In this document: one piece after another, positions 63,562 through 64,000 of the stretch
Layout of the letters: each line of letters opens with the position of its first letter
Position numbering within the stretch: position 1 is the first letter of the stretch
DNA from: a virus
DNA: 64,000 nt
Virus record (IMG/VR): IMGVR_UViG_3300044716_000883
Coordinates: 1 to 64,000 of that record
Strand: one strand, 5' to 3'
Position numbers and translations under genes: made by a program
Notes under the pieces: generated by a model
Seen by the model: only the letters and a program-made list of their open reading frames with translations
Databases searched by the model: none
What the model was told of the DNA's origin: nothing

Positions 63562-64000
63562 ATGTCATATTATGATAATTACGGTGCTGATATTTTCGCC
63601 GATGATGATAAATTAGCACTTACTAAACGAGGTAAACCGCGTAAGCGTAAACCAAAAGAACCTCGTATTTATTTCACTCAAGATACTGAAGACGCTATTG
63701 TAGAATATTTAGCTTGTATTGATCAAGCTGAACGTAATCGCATTTATAACGACCGTATTGAATATGGTTTTTATAAACTGTCCGAAAACATTATCCATAC
63801 ATTTAAGTTCTACTACACTGATACTGATACTATTGAGGAATTAAAGCACGAGGTAATTACATTCCTACTCGAAAAACTCCACTTATATAAACCTGAGAAG
63901 GGTAAAGCATTCTCTTATTTTGGTACTATTGCCAAACGCTATCTTATTGTATATAATGAAAATAACTACAAGAAACTTCAAGAAAAAGTTGATGTAGATG
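63562..64000 (+). CDS. phage RNA polymerase sigma factor (T4 gp55-like), 3' partial; not in ORF track
   Basis: Reads IYFTQDTEDAIVEY...YKLSENII...EELKHEVITFLLEKLHLYKPEKGKAFSYFGTIAKRYL, a sigma region-2 pattern. Confidence 0.7.
   Translation, partial: MSYYDNYGADIFADDDKLALTKRGKPRKRKPKEPRIYFTQDTEDAIVEYLACIDQAERNRIYNDRIEYGFYKLSENIIHTFKFYYTDTDTIEELKHEVITFLLEKLHLYKPEKGKAFSYFGTIAKRYLIVYNENNYKKLQEKVDVD

Noticed and set aside
1-64000. Bacterial chromosome origin (groEL/ES, folE, clpP, tmRNA, LPS-like genes)
   Set aside because: The T4-type polymerase, clamp, loaders and sigma, the single-strand dense layout and the many tiny promoter-led ORFs indicate a jumbo phage.
1-64000. Stop-codon reassignment
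   Set aside because: Conserved genes are full length in code 11, TAA/TAG/TGA all end genes at expected places, and no suppressor tRNA is present.
1-64000. CRISPR array or cas locus
   Set aside because: No regularly spaced repeats; the Cas4-like nuclease sits among replication genes.

Overview
This window is 64 kb of an AT-rich, T4-like jumbo phage genome (standard genetic code, all credible genes on the + strand). The host is very likely a Bacteroidetes: the window has a DUF4494 gene, signal peptides that expose an N-terminal Gln, T9SS-CTD-like domains, TAnnTTT(G/A) -7 promoter boxes and a tmRNA tag ending GANEYALAA. From left to right: (1) a 7-deazaguanine cluster (queC 3' end, queE, folE) with a phosphoribosyltransferase and dCTP deaminase; (2) a glycosidase/GT25 fusion, a TPR protein and a Thr-tract protein; (3) replication genes (family B polymerase, clamp, clamp loaders, PD-(D/E)XK nuclease) interrupted by hsp20-groES-groEL; (4) a 13-kb glycan biosynthesis cluster; (5) a ClpP-like protease, five tRNAs, a 159-nt tRNA-like RNA and a tmRNA with a 24-codon tag; (6) a 10-kb cluster of exported proteins, the best candidate for an undescribed system: two CsgG-like proteins, two cohesin/dockerin proteins (one with a C-type lectin), two stand-alone T9SS-CTD-like lipoproteins, two predicted beta-barrels and a sequon-dense mini-lipoprotein; (7) an 18-kb early-type array of small genes, many with their own GGCA-N12-TAnnTTyA promoter, some inside hairpins; (8) GC-rich structured non-coding islands, a G-quadruplex-prone tract, a repeat-containing putative head protein and the 5' part of a gp55-like sigma factor. 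All family calls come from motif recognition by eye; no database search or computation was run.
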